DNA from: Selaginella moellendorffii
Lineage: Eukaryota; Plantae; Lycopodiophyta
Assembly (NCBI RefSeq): GCF_000143415.4
Contig: NW_003314273.1
Coordinates: forward strand, 878,074 to 942,073
Length of the DNA: 64,000 nt
Direction of reading: 5' to 3'
Shown here: in pieces, positions 13,673-24,327 of the stretch
How the letters are laid out: each line of letters starts with the position of its first letter
Numbering within the stretch: position 1 is the stretch's first letter
Made by a program: the position numbers and the translations under genes
The notes under the pieces: generated by a model
Seen by the model: only the letters and a program-made list of their open reading frames with translations
Database searches by the model: none
Told to the model about the DNA's origin: nothing

Positions 13673-14591
13673 ATGGATTGCTGCGTTTGTAGCAGCGTGG
13701 TGGTGGGAACGATCGCTTACAGGCCTCCACGAAACACAATCTGTGCTGGATGCCTCGAGGGAGCGCAATCGATCCTGAGCGTGAGCAGCCGGATCGAGCA
13801 AAATTGGAAGCTGGGAGAAGATGATCGGCAACTATCTTCCAAGGTAAGGTTTTCGAACGATCGAGAGTGACAAAGTGAATGGTTTTCGCATTTAGATCAT
13901 GCTACTTCACGCCTCGAAAAGGATCGAGCATCTGGAGCTCATGGAAAGAGAGGCATCGCGCAAGCTTAGATTTCTCGAATCGCTGGCGGTGGGATTTCGA
14001 GAAGGGATTCACACCGACGTGGAGCTCGTTGCCAACGATGGTCACTCCATTCGAGCACACCGCATTGTCCTGGTAGAAACTTGTAGAACTTGCTCCCTCT
14101 CAAACTTCTTCGTGATCTAGGCCACAAAATCATCGTTTTTCAAGGTCTTGTTCGAAGTTGACGCTTGCAAATCCGAGCACAGTGGAGCCGTGATGGTCCC
14201 GGAGCTCCTCAACCACAGCCAGCTCGAGAACTTCATCGAGTTTCTCTACAGCGCTCGAATCAGCGACGACGATCTATCCAAAAACTCGGCGTCTCTTCTC
14301 GTCGCGGCAGACAAGTATGATATCCCAGCTCTGGCCAGAACTTGCGAGGAGTATCTTACGAGCAGTGTAACGTCTTCCAATGCGCTGGAGATGCTCGAGC
14401 TCGCAACTCTCTGTTCTGCCGAGGCTCTCAAAGAATCGGCAGTGAAGACAGTGATCGACGATTACCAAACGATACTTTTCTCCAAAGAGTACGAAGAGTT
14501 TGCGTTGAGATCTTCCATGGTGGCTCTGGAGATCTCCAGAGCTGTTATAAGCCACCTTTCAAGTTTGAGAAAAGAAATAGACAAGCTATGA
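13673..14591 (+). CDS. BTB/POZ domain protein (At3g56230-like), 3 exons
   Basis: MDCCVC...RPPRNTICAGCLEGA N-terminus; HTDVELVANDGHSIRAHRIVL; ADKYDIPAL. Confidence 0.88.
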
Positions 14592-14705
14592 AAAGAGAAA
14601 AGTTTGGCAAAGTTCCAATTTGTTCTATTGTCCAAAGGCTCTCCTTTTATTGCTCGCCAAACGAAAGAGTACCTTCTTCCAAATTTTCCAGCCAAATTCA
14701 AATCC

Positions 14706-14889
14706 TAGTAGCGGTGGGAGAGCTCCCTCTGATGCACGGAGTGCTTGCAAAACCTACACTCAAACAAAAAGAAGCTCAACCAAGAACAAGAGAAGAAGGA
14801 AAGCCCCAAAATCAGGCAAAAGTTTACCACACGGGGCCGTAGAATCCCACGGCGACGAGCACGCCATAGTGCCAGTTCTCAAGCTTGTG
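14706..14889 (-). pseudogene. 5'-truncated duplicate of QCR8
   Basis: Near-identical to 19638-19811 but lacks the 5' coding part. Confidence 0.85.
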
Positions 14890-15133
14890 AGTGTGGTCTC
14901 ATCCGGGTTGTGTATTAACGCCATTGCTCCGAAGAGTTGAGAGGCCTCGTTCATTCGCAAGCATCAATAGAATTGAAGAGTTTTTCTGCTATAGTTATTT
15001 AATGATACATAGTTCTTTTAAAAATATTACTCCGCATTTTATTAAAATCTAACAAGGTGATCCACCGCTATGTTGGAACATTTACATTATGCTAATAGTC
15101 AGCCAGATCCAGAGCTTTCCTCCTTTTTGATCC

Positions 15134-17131
15134 TCATCTCCGAGTTACCTACAAGCTATACAAAACTTGGAGACTGCAGCAACCAAAACTAATGCACTTA
15201 CTAGTCTGTAGTTCTCCACTTCCACACGGATCCGTGGCTCATTTAAGGACACGACCTGAGGAACAAACTGAAAAACTTTCGAAAGAAACAAAATACTCAC
15301 ATTTACATCATTTTCACGCCAGTTGACAAAGGGATACTTGTTAACGCTCTCGCCCAACCTTTCTCTAATATTTGCCTGCACAAATTTGAGCAGCAAGTAA
15401 ACACAAAAACTTGTTAATACCTCCAATTGTTCCTCTTCCCAGCCAAGAATGGCATTGCTGCCAAGCGCCCGTAACATTCCTTGATAAAACACATAGGCAT
15501 CCTTTTCTTCAACAACTTCTGATCCTGTGGGAAACGGGCGACTATCCTGTACACCAAATTCTGTGAACCAGGAGAATAAAACAACTTGTCAACACACCTG
15601 ACTTATGTAAAGGACTCCAACAGGGGCGACAATTTCAGTGGGTAATCTGATTCCACAAAAGCGTGCTTGAAACTCCATCTCACGCTCCTGGAACAACCGT
15701 TCCATGTCTTGAACAGATGTGGAGGCATCCTTGAATGCCTCTTCTTGAAAAGAATCTCCACACCGTCTTCGCAGCTCGGAAACCTTGAAATCTCAAGCTC
15801 AGAGTCAGAACACACAAAAAAAAACGAATATTTACCTGCTTTTCAAATATACTGAATGACTCAGGAGTAACTCTTCCATTTTTCAACCTCACGTAGCCAA
15901 ACACATCCAAAATAGAGTACCGATATTTTTTTGCAGACCACACCTGAAATGTTTTAAGCCAATGCACACTTAAAGAGGAAATAAATAAATTAAAAATATA
16001 TATAAATATCACACCTTCAAGTACAAGCGGTCAATCGGCAGCCTCTTCTGCAACCTATCCACAAAGAGCCTTGCACCCCCCAAAGCAACTTGATATACAT
16101 CCTCTGGCTTGAGACTAAAACACAAACAGAGTTGCAGAGATCAGGTTCATGAAACGCTTACCTCCATTTACATTCAGCAATGACGCGAGGAACCCAGGTT
16201 GCAACACCATCAACGCACCATGCTCCGCCCATCAATGCAAACATCAGGATGTCCATCACCCATCTCTGCGTGCATCCGGCAAACACTTATTAGTTAACAG
16301 AAGATTCAAGCTTACAGTTAACTTACCAGATTCTGTTTTTCGGAGGACGATTCGTGTGCTGCATTGCTATCCTGAGGCGGATCTTTCTCGACGTATTCGA
16401 AGCTCCCGTCCGCCTTCCTTACCTTTTCCATATACTTCGTGGAAGACTCTCGGGCAGCAATCTAAGGCTAGTTCAGTACAATAACAAAGAAAAGAAGTCT
16501 TCCTTACTTGTTCACTCGTTGGCATGATGGATTTGATCCCCGTGAAAACGGCAGACATATGGGGCCTGTCTTGCAATTCCCCGTACTCGTCACCACAGGG
16601 CTCCGCTTGGTACGCATCCTTGGCCAGCCGCACAGGCTGAATCATCCTTGTGACTGCTCGCTTCATCCACGGTTTGATCTGCTGCTCGAAGTCAAACTTG
16701 TCATTGGCAGGCATCTTGTGGGTGATCACTCGGATCAGCGGCTGCTGGAAGATGAAAACATCCCGGTCTGCAGAACAAGGGCTTGCACGAAGAAGCTTGC
16801 ATGCTTCTTCCGTTAGGGACAACAAGGGAACTGGAGCTCGGGGAGGAGGAGTAGACGGGTCACCGGCAGACGATGTGGCAGACGTCGCACATCCCATATC
16901 TGCCGGTGATGTAGCAGTAGCCCCTGTTGTGTCGCCCGATGCACCGAGAGCCCATCCGTGGTGACCGTCAATGTGGGCTTTCTTGACGGACGCCAGAGCT
17001 TCGACGTTTGCAGAATACCTCGCAGCTTTGCAAGCTGCGCAACTGCTGCCGTAAAGCCAGTAAAGTAGAGCCTGCTTACTGTCGCCTTCTCCTCGCTTGC
17101 GCTTCGCTGGGCTAGCGTTGGCGTGCTCCAT
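15134..17131 (-). CDS. Orphan ~500-aa, ~10-exon protein with a putative PD-(D/E)xK restriction-endonuclease-like motif
   Basis: Exons join in frame at GT-AG sites: ...MPTSEQ/IAARESS...KQNL/RWVMDILMFAL...VPRVIAECKW/SLKPEDVYQVALGG...LYLK/VWSAKK...FEKQ/VSELRR...YISQ/DSRPF...EQLE/ANIRER.../VVSLNEPR...RL/VTRR*; basic NLS-like PAKRKR near the N-terminus. Confidence 0.6.
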
Positions 17132-17217
17132 CCCTTAGGGCTAAAGATCCACGAGGATTTCCTTTTTAGTGAAAAAACAAAAACAACCCTAATAGTAAAC
17201 CGCGAGGATGCCGAACG

Positions 17218-17241
17218 TTTAGGGTTTAGGGTTTAGGGTTT
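17218..17241 (+). repeat. Plant telomeric repeat (TTTAGGG)3 / telo-box cluster
   Basis: tttagggtttagggtttagggttt. Confidence 0.85.
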
Positions 17242-17283
17242 ACACCCGTCGCTTGTCAATTTGCTTTTGCAACTTTTTGACAA

Positions 17284-17540
17284 AGAGAGCATCTGTGCGG
17301 GCGTCCCAATGATCTGCTGACCGTGCTTCTTCGAGCAGAGGTTCAACTGCAAGGACGTTGTGGACGTCATGATCGTGGGAGAGATGGAACCAGGGGTGAC
17401 AAGTTTCCTGCAAGGATGGAAGAGGTTGTTCGTGGGATGATCAGGGGTGAGCTGGGATTGCGGACAAAGGAGAAAATCTGGGAGCTTAGAGATGGTTGCA
17501 GGAAAGCCGTCAACCGCAGGACGTTTCCACCAGTGTGAAA
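17284..17540 (+). pseudogene. UDP-glycosyltransferase C-terminal fragment
   Basis: ESICAGVPMIC*PCFFEQRFNCKDVVDV (end of the PSPG box with W->stop), then a frameshifted MEEVVRGMIRGE...WELRDGCRKAV. Confidence 0.75.
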
Positions 17541-17784
17541 GTCCGAAGCTCATGGTTCTTTGTGATTTCGGATCCATCTTAGGCACAAGGTATGGATTTG
17601 ACTTTTCCTTTTTGCGATCTTTCGATTCTTTACGCTGCCACTTGGCAGTGAAATCGTGATCGTCCACGTCCTGCTCATTTGTTCTTGCACGAGCCCTCAG
17701 TGGATCACTTTCACTATGAAGTCATCGAATGCAGCACCGTGCTTCGAGATTTGTATCGCGGTCGCAAGAAAGCACAGCCCCGGG

Positions 17785-18865
17785 TCTGAACGATGCTGTG
17801 GCGAGCTATATCAAGGGGTTGAAGAATAGTGGCCTCGAAGAGGGCTTGGATTCGATCAGATTCATCAATGTAAGTTTTCTTATACGTTTTTGCTTTCGTT
17901 TACTTGTGGCTTTTCAGATCGCGGCACCTATCGAGGTTGTTGGTCGCACAGCAGAGAAGCTCAACATCAAGGAATCGACTTACCTTGGTTTGTTTGCCGA
18001 TCGAACAGAGGCTAAAACTTTTCTCACTTTCATTCTTCCTACAGGATTAGATTGGGAGAAGCGAGATGCATTTGTGCGACAAGCAATCAGCAACTCGTTG
18101 GACAGAAAAATACAGTTGCATGGAGTACCTGTTGTATAGTGTGGTATGGCATCGTTTAATGCTTTCTGTTGCGGTTTGACTGACACTTCTCTCCAATGAG
18201 AACGACCGTCCTGTGAAGTTCACGGTGGGTGACTCATCGGAGCTAGAGCTAAACCCGATGCTTGCAGTGCTCAAGGCTTCTGACTTTTTGATTATTTTCT
18301 TACATTTTCTTTTCCTCAGGTGAAACTTCGCGTAATGAATTGTTGAAAGGTTTGGAAAGGGCTTACGTCGCAACCTGTAGATGCCACCGACGCGTATTTC
18401 GGTGCCAAGGTGATTGGCAATTTTGAAAACGAGTGTCTTATGACGTTTAGAATTTCAGATGGCTATATATTTTGCGTTTCTTGGAATGTATATGCAGTGG
18501 CTTGTCATTCCGTCGATAGTGGCGCTTTTCTTTTATTATAAGGAGTCTCGTTTCCTTTCGCGTTGTTGAGTTTCACTTAAATTTTTGCTGCAGACCACGA
18601 GGAACTGCTCTCCCTGTAGCCCTTTCTGTAATCAGTGCTCTTCTTGCAGTTTTGGAAAAGAAAAAATGCAGCACTGCTTACAAGGTTTGTTTGAGAATTA
18701 AACTGGTCTTGGCTTGACAAACGACGGCGGCATACAGGCAGGAAGAATCCATGAGATGGATATCAACAAGCTGCAGAAGCAGGCATTTCAGAAGGAATGG
18801 CTGGAACAGCTGAAAAGTGCGAGGAATAATAGGATTGTTTTTGAGGGAATCATATTCGTTCAACT
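17785..18865 (+). pseudogene. Anoctamin-like (At1g73020-like) gene fragment with introns retained
   Basis: IAAPIEVVGRTAEKLNIK, WKGLTSQPVDATDAYFGAK/MAIYFAFLGMYMQWLVIP and a frameshifted QFWKRKNAALL; stops present; 3' half absent. Confidence 0.75.
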
Positions 18866-19000
18866 TTAAACATGTACCTTTCTTATAAAATTCTGCCTGA
18901 CACTTTTCAAAGTTATTATTGTCAAAAGTGAAGGTAATTAGTCGAATAAAATCTTTACATTTTCATCAGTAGTTGCTTTGTTAAGACAACCAGTTTAATT

Positions 19001-19537
19001 ATGGTCACTCCATCGAGCACACGGCATTGTCCTGTAGAAACTTGTAGAACTTGCTCCCTCTCAAACTTCGTCGTGATCTAGGCCACAAAACCATCGTTTT
19101 CCAAGGTCTTGTTCGAAGTTGACGCTTGCAAATCCGAGCACAGTGGAGCCGTGATGATCCCGGAGCTCCTCAACCACAGCCAACTCGAGAACTTCAACGA
19201 GTTTCTCTACAGCGCTCGAATCAGCGACGACAAAAACTCGGCGTCTCTTCTCGTCGCGGCAGACAAGTATGACATCCCAGCTCTGACCAGAACTTGCAAG
19301 GAGTATCTTACGAGCAGTGTAACTTCTTCCAATGCGCTGGAGATGCTCGAACTCGAAAGTTCTGCCGAGGCTCTCAAAGAATCGGCGGTGAAGACAGTGA
19401 TCGACGGTTACCAAACGATACTTTTCTCCAAAGAGTACGAAGAGTTTGCGTTGAGATCTTCCATGGTGGCTCTGGAGATCTCCAGAGCTGTTATAAGCCA
19501 CCTTTCAAGTTTGAGAAAAGAAATAGACAAGCTATGA
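19001..19537 (+). pseudogene. 5'-truncated duplicate of the BTB/POZ gene
   Basis: Copy of 14038-14591 with 1-bp deletions near its start and small in-frame deletions; no first exon. Confidence 0.88.
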
Positions 19538-19637
19538 AGTTTGGCAAAGTTCCAAATTGTTCTATTGTCCAAAAGCTCTCCTTTTATTGCCAAAAGAAAG
19601 AGTACCTTCTTCCAAATTTTCCAGCCAAATTCCAATC

Positions 19638-19949
19638 CTAGTCGCGGTGAGAGAGCTCCCTCTGATGCACGGAGTGCTTGCAAAACCTACACTCAAGAAA
19701 TAAGAAGCTCAACCAAGGGAAGAAATCCCCAAAATCAGGCAAAGTTTACCACACGGGGCCGTAGAATCCCACGGCGACGAGCACGCCATAGTGCCAGTTC
19801 TCAAGCTTGTGCTTGATCTTCTCCGGGAGATCCTTCCACAGCCCCGGCATTATCTTGAGGTGATTCGGGGACAGCGTGTAGACCACCTCTCGCAGTCGCA
19901 CTGCCACGATCCCTGGATTCGCTCCCAGCGCCTTTCCACCGCCCCCCAT
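19638..19949 (-). CDS. QCR8: Cytochrome b-c1 complex subunit 8 (QCR8/UQCRQ), 2 exons
   Basis: VRLREVVYTLSPNHLKIMPGLWKDLPEKIKHKLENW... ending W/FCKHSVHQRELSHRD*. Confidence 0.85.
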
Positions 19950-20141
19950 GTCGCTCTTCTCTCGCAAACCCTTGCCCTAGATCAACAAGGCCAGAGCTCG
20001 ATTCTCGCGATAGTCGTTTGGCAAAACGGGGAGATCCGACGGCTTAGGTTTTGCCACGCATAAAAGAATCTCTTAAAAAAAGGAAAAGGCATTAGAGTAA
20101 CTATAAAAGGGCGGCTCAACACTTTGGCAACCCTAAATCAA

Positions 20142-20939
20142 ATGGAGAAGTATGAGGTTGTGCCCAGCTCTGGATTGCCTTTGGTAAGAGCTTTGAACAA
20201 CAACAAGATCTTCTGTTGTAGGACAGTCAGTGTGACAGGTGATAATCAAGAATTCTGGGAACTGAGGAATGAGATTCGGATCTTGACACTTCTCAAGGGC
20301 ACTCCTGGGGTGATGGAGTTGATGGAAGTTGTAAGAGAACCCACACGCTGGCACTTGATAATGGAACCTTGTGAGGATCATTTGTATGAGCGTCTTAAAT
20401 CGCAGGGGAAAATGGGCGAGAGAGAAGCTGCCCTTTTAATTCACAAAATGGCGGGGGTATTACACCGTATGCACTTCCTTGGGATTTTTAGGTACAATGA
20501 GATTCTTGTCAAGGGAGAAGACTTAGATGATGTGAGATTCTCTGGTTTTGATGATAGCATTGTGTTAAGACGTAATTATCGAGAAGAAATTACTGTAGAT
20601 ATTAGATGGTTGGGGTATGTTTTAATTCTTCTATTGACCAACATCTGGTTAGAGGACCAGCCACGTTCTTTTAACTGGCGGATTATGGTTCCACCAGGGG
20701 CAGCAAAACTGATCCAAAGCATGTTAGATGATCGTCATTTAACAGCAGCACAAGTGAAGAATCATCCATGGGTGCTAAAGTACGTGGAAAAGGAAAGTAT
20801 GTTATCACAGTGGAAAGATTTTATTTACCTTACATTCAAGAGGCTTAAAATCCATTATCTAACTCCTGGAGAAATTTGTAAAGCTATAGTGTTTTATTGT
20901 ATACTTTTATGGATGCAGAAAACCTTCTTCTGCCTTTAA
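20142..20939 (+). CDS. Intronless CAMK/CDPK-like pseudokinase
   Basis: EIRIL, HLIMEPC, EREAA and LTAAQVKNHPW kinase-fold motifs but no GxGxxG, VAIK, HRD or DFG; TATAAAAG at 20102. Confidence 0.7.
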   Translation: MEKYEVVPSSGLPLVRALNNNKIFCCRTVSVTGDNQEFWELRNEIRILTLLKGTPGVMELMEVVREPTRWHLIMEPCEDHLYERLKSQGKMGEREAALLIHKMAGVLHRMHFLGIFRYNEILVKGEDLDDVRFSGFDDSIVLRRNYREEITVDIRWLGYVLILLLTNIWLEDQPRSFNWRIMVPPGAAKLIQSMLDDRHLTAAQVKNHPWVLKYVEKESMLSQWKDFIYLTFKRLKIHYLTPGEICKAIVFYCILLWMQKTFFCL

Positions 20940-21019
20940 GTTACATAAAGTTGCAAATAAAATTTAAAGAAAGAAAGATTCTAAGTAAAAGTCCCTATAT
21001 CATCATGGCATTGTTTTCA

Positions 21020-21350
21020 AGCTTGGTTTTGAGCTGGGCAACACAAATTTTGTCCGGCAATCATCCATAGTGAGCCTCAGGTTTTGAACATTTGAAATCC
21101 TCCAGCTGTTAAAAGTGTTTTATCTTCAACTTACATTCAGATTCTTCATGGTTAGGCTTGTTGCAATAACCACAAGACTTGCTCTATACTCCATGCTCCA
21201 TAAGTGATCAACTCCTTACTCCTGGCACCTTGCTCCAAAGGTTCTGACTACACAATTTGATTTCTCTTGGAACCCTTGCTCGTCTTTAGCTTTGGTGGCT
21301 TCTTCTCTCTCCCAGGTGTCTTTGCCACGGCCTTTCTCTCAGTCTTCATC
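21020..21350 (-). pseudogene. Zinc-knuckle (CCHC) coding remnant
   Basis: CGYCNKPNHEESEC at ~21135-21176 amid stops. Confidence 0.4.
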
Positions 21351-21595
21351 CACGTCTTCTACTATCAATCTCTCTATCCTGCAAGTGTTCACTTTTCGTC
21401 ACTTCCACGTTGGTCACGTCCAAATGCTTGCGAATGTCCTTCAAACAAAAAATCACTCATTCGAGAACATGAAACGATGATAAACGAACGAGAAATAGGT
21501 CTTCTTATAACCTGCTCTGGATCGAGGGGCCCGAGTTAGGAAAAATCTGACATTATATATTTAATCTCGTTTTGTAAAAACACAAAATGAAATTC

Positions 21596-22585
21596 TCAAA
21601 CAGCTTTTGCTGTATTCAAAGTGAAGTATCTCTTTGAATCTTTAAGAACTTCAAACTCCTCACCATTAGAGTATTCAATCACACGGCAACATGACCCTGT
21701 AGTCGAACTTCTCTCATATAAGCTCAAGTAAATCTTGCCCTCCACTGATTTAACCTCCAATAGTTCCGTGTTGTGCTCGTATGAAACCTCTCCTAAGAGT
21801 CTCATTTCATAATCCTCAAATACCACAATCTCAAAGATTTCTGCGACTTGTTTGTCATCCGTAGACTTCGTTCTAACCAACACCAAATTCTCCCCTTTCT
21901 CTTCCAACCACATCATTGTTCCTGGTTTTCCCAAATCAGTCTTTAGTGTTTGAAACCGGCCACCCTCCTGAAGTCTATAACATACTAATGCCATCTTGAA
22001 GAGATTCAAGGCAAAGCAAACATTCCCTTTCACAACTGGACATGCAATAGGATCACCCTCGTCAATCTCAACCCACTTCTCTGGATCTTTGGAAGAATAT
22101 TGCTTAACATAATACCAAAAAACCAACACCTTCATCTCGTTCTCGCCTTTCCACACAGCAAAGTCAGGCGTTTTAACACTATACGTCTCCAAATATAGTG
22201 GTGGAAAAATCCATGAAATAGTGCCCGATGAGCTACATAATACTATATGCCATTTATCTTCGCTCCCATTACACTTTGACATCAAAATATTTTGGTTTTG
22301 TACTGCCGCTACCACCCTCACATTGTGTCCCGTGATCTCACATCTATCTATCGTGCTTACTTCATCGCAAAGCATAAGGTCTTTGAACTCGAAAAGTCCA
22401 CCACCAGGGATGAAAGAAACCTTTGCTGTATTGTGATCAAGTAGTATGAGACGATGTTGGATCCTAATTGCTTCTCTCCATACTAAATTTAAACGACTTG
22501 CAATCACTTTATCAGCATAAGAGAGTTTGCAAATGATATGCTGAACAACTATATCATCTAGCAATCCTGGAATGAGAACACCCAT
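21596..22585 (-). CDS. F-box protein (intronless, divergent C-terminal beta-rich region)
   Basis: N-terminal LIPGLLDDIVVQHIICKL...WREAI F-box. Confidence 0.8.
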   Translation of the reverse strand: MGVLIPGLLDDIVVQHIICKLSYADKVIASRLNLVWREAIRIQHRLILLDHNTAKVSFIPGGGLFEFKDLMLCDEVSTIDRCEITGHNVRVVAAVQNQNILMSKCNGSEDKWHIVLCSSSGTISWIFPPLYLETYSVKTPDFAVWKGENEMKVLVFWYYVKQYSSKDPEKWVEIDEGDPIACPVVKGNVCFALNLFKMALVCYRLQEGGRFQTLKTDLGKPGTMMWLEEKGENLVLVRTKSTDDKQVAEIFEIVVFEDYEMRLLGEVSYEHNTELLEVKSVEGKIYLSLYERSSTTGSCCRVIEYSNGEEFEVLKDSKRYFTLNTAKAV

Positions 22586-22701
22586 CTAAACCCTAGTCAG
22601 TTTTTTTTCCTTTTCTTCCTTCATATAAGCAGATATCTTCAAATTACCTTTTAGCTTACACCAGTTGAAACATCTATCACCTTTAGCTTAAAACCAACTG
22701 A

Positions 22702-24192
22702 TCAGCAGCGTCTAGATTTGAGCGCTTGGAAGCGAGCAGTCAGATCGTCGTGATCGTCCGGGCTGGAGCCGCCGTGATCACGGAAAAGCTCGCTGTGGGA
22801 ATGCCTGGTGCGACCATTGAAGCTGGAAACTGGCGAGTCATCGACCTCGTTGGCGGCACCAGACAAGTAGTCACGGAGCTTGTATGATCTTGGGCTAGTT
22901 TCTTCGTCACACGGCACCGTGTTCAGGATTTGCTCCGAGAGTCCCTGGAGCACCTGTCTCGTTGCCAGATTTGCCACGGCTCGGGCAGCAGCAGCAGCTT
23001 GCTCGGCCGAGTCCGCCGCCGCTTGAGCCGCGGCGGCGACGTCCTTGTAAGCTGGAGTGCCCGGACCGTTCATGGTGGAGTGAGCGTGGTTCTCCTGAGG
23101 AAACGAACTGCGCGGAGTTATCGACGCTCTTGAGTTGACAAACATGGAAGAATTGGTGAATGTCGAAGCTTTGGTGTTCATGACAGGCTTTGGAGGAGGA
23201 TCGGAGCGAGGCCGAGGCATCTCGGTGGCCGACTGGAACTTGTGAGGACCATCCTGTGGAGAGAAACGTTGTTTCAGTGCTAAGAGGTGAATGTAAAACT
23301 TACGAGAAGGTCCTCGGGCTGGCTTAGAAGGTCGGCCTCAGTGTCCCTGGGGTCCCAGACCACACCATATTCCGTAGCTATTTCTTTGAGCACCTTTAGT
23401 TTCGTCTCTCCGGACGGAGCTCGGACGGACATTTTCTCGATTATCTGGAGCAGAAAAACTAAATTGTTGTCAGAAATTCAAAACAGAAAGAACAAAGGAA
23501 ATTGATCCAGACCCTCCGGCTAACACCACAAGTCGGCCTCAGCTCAGCAGCAGCAGCAACAAACTCCTTCCCGTACTTGAGAGCAAAACACGATTTTATA
23601 TCAGCGAGCTCGGGTAGATCAGCACACCTTGCTGCTGCAAAGATCAAACTTGCGATGGATTCCTTCAAGTCGGCCGGACATGTCCTGCATCAAAATAGTT
23701 GATCTCAGTTTTTCATTCGAGACTAAAAGATAGAACTTCTTTTCCTTTGTTCTTCACTCTTTTGATCAAACTACTTACTTCTGGCCATCGATCACTGGCA
23801 AACGCACTACAATGAGCTCAGCGAAAAGCTCCACCATATCATACGCGTCCATGATGTTTTGCTCTCTGATAACATGCTCTACCTGGTGGAAACAAAGCTT
23901 AGAAGATGGGAATATATTGGAGAATACCCACCCGGATGCGAGCGCTAGGTTCCTGGCCAGTCCCCAACATCTGTGCAATGTCGCGCCGCATTTGCTTCAC
24001 CTGGATGTCCCTCTTGTTCCTCAAGAGCTTGATCCGAGACGTCGCAAGCTTGAGGAGCGTTTTGCTGCCATGGATCGATCAATAGGGATGAGAAAATAAA
24101 AAAAGAAGTGAGAAGCAGGACAGCGATCAATCGATCGAAGAGGGCCGGCGACGCGCTTACCATTTCGAAGATTTGAAACCCTTGCCCAGCAT
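22702..24192 (-). CDS. IST1: IST1-like regulator of Vps4 (ESCRT-III), multi-exon
   Basis: KTLLKLATSRIKLLRNKR, VEHVIREQN, LKESIASLIFAAARCADLPEL, C-terminal DDLTARFQALK MIM. Confidence 0.92.
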
Positions 24193-24327
24193 TGCTCTGC
24201 GCTCTCGCTCTCTCCTTCGCACACTTCAAAACAATAGGCCGTTAAAGAGGTGGACATTCCGGAGTGGAATAGGCAGCGTCGCCCGTACATTCTGGGACGG
24301 AATGGCGGAGGGACTGGTTCTCTCGGA

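Noticed and set aside
14760-14960. Possible fusion of insert sequence to the truncated QCR8 copy
   Set aside because: The QCR8 frame hits a stop just upstream of the junction; the listed ORF is in another frame
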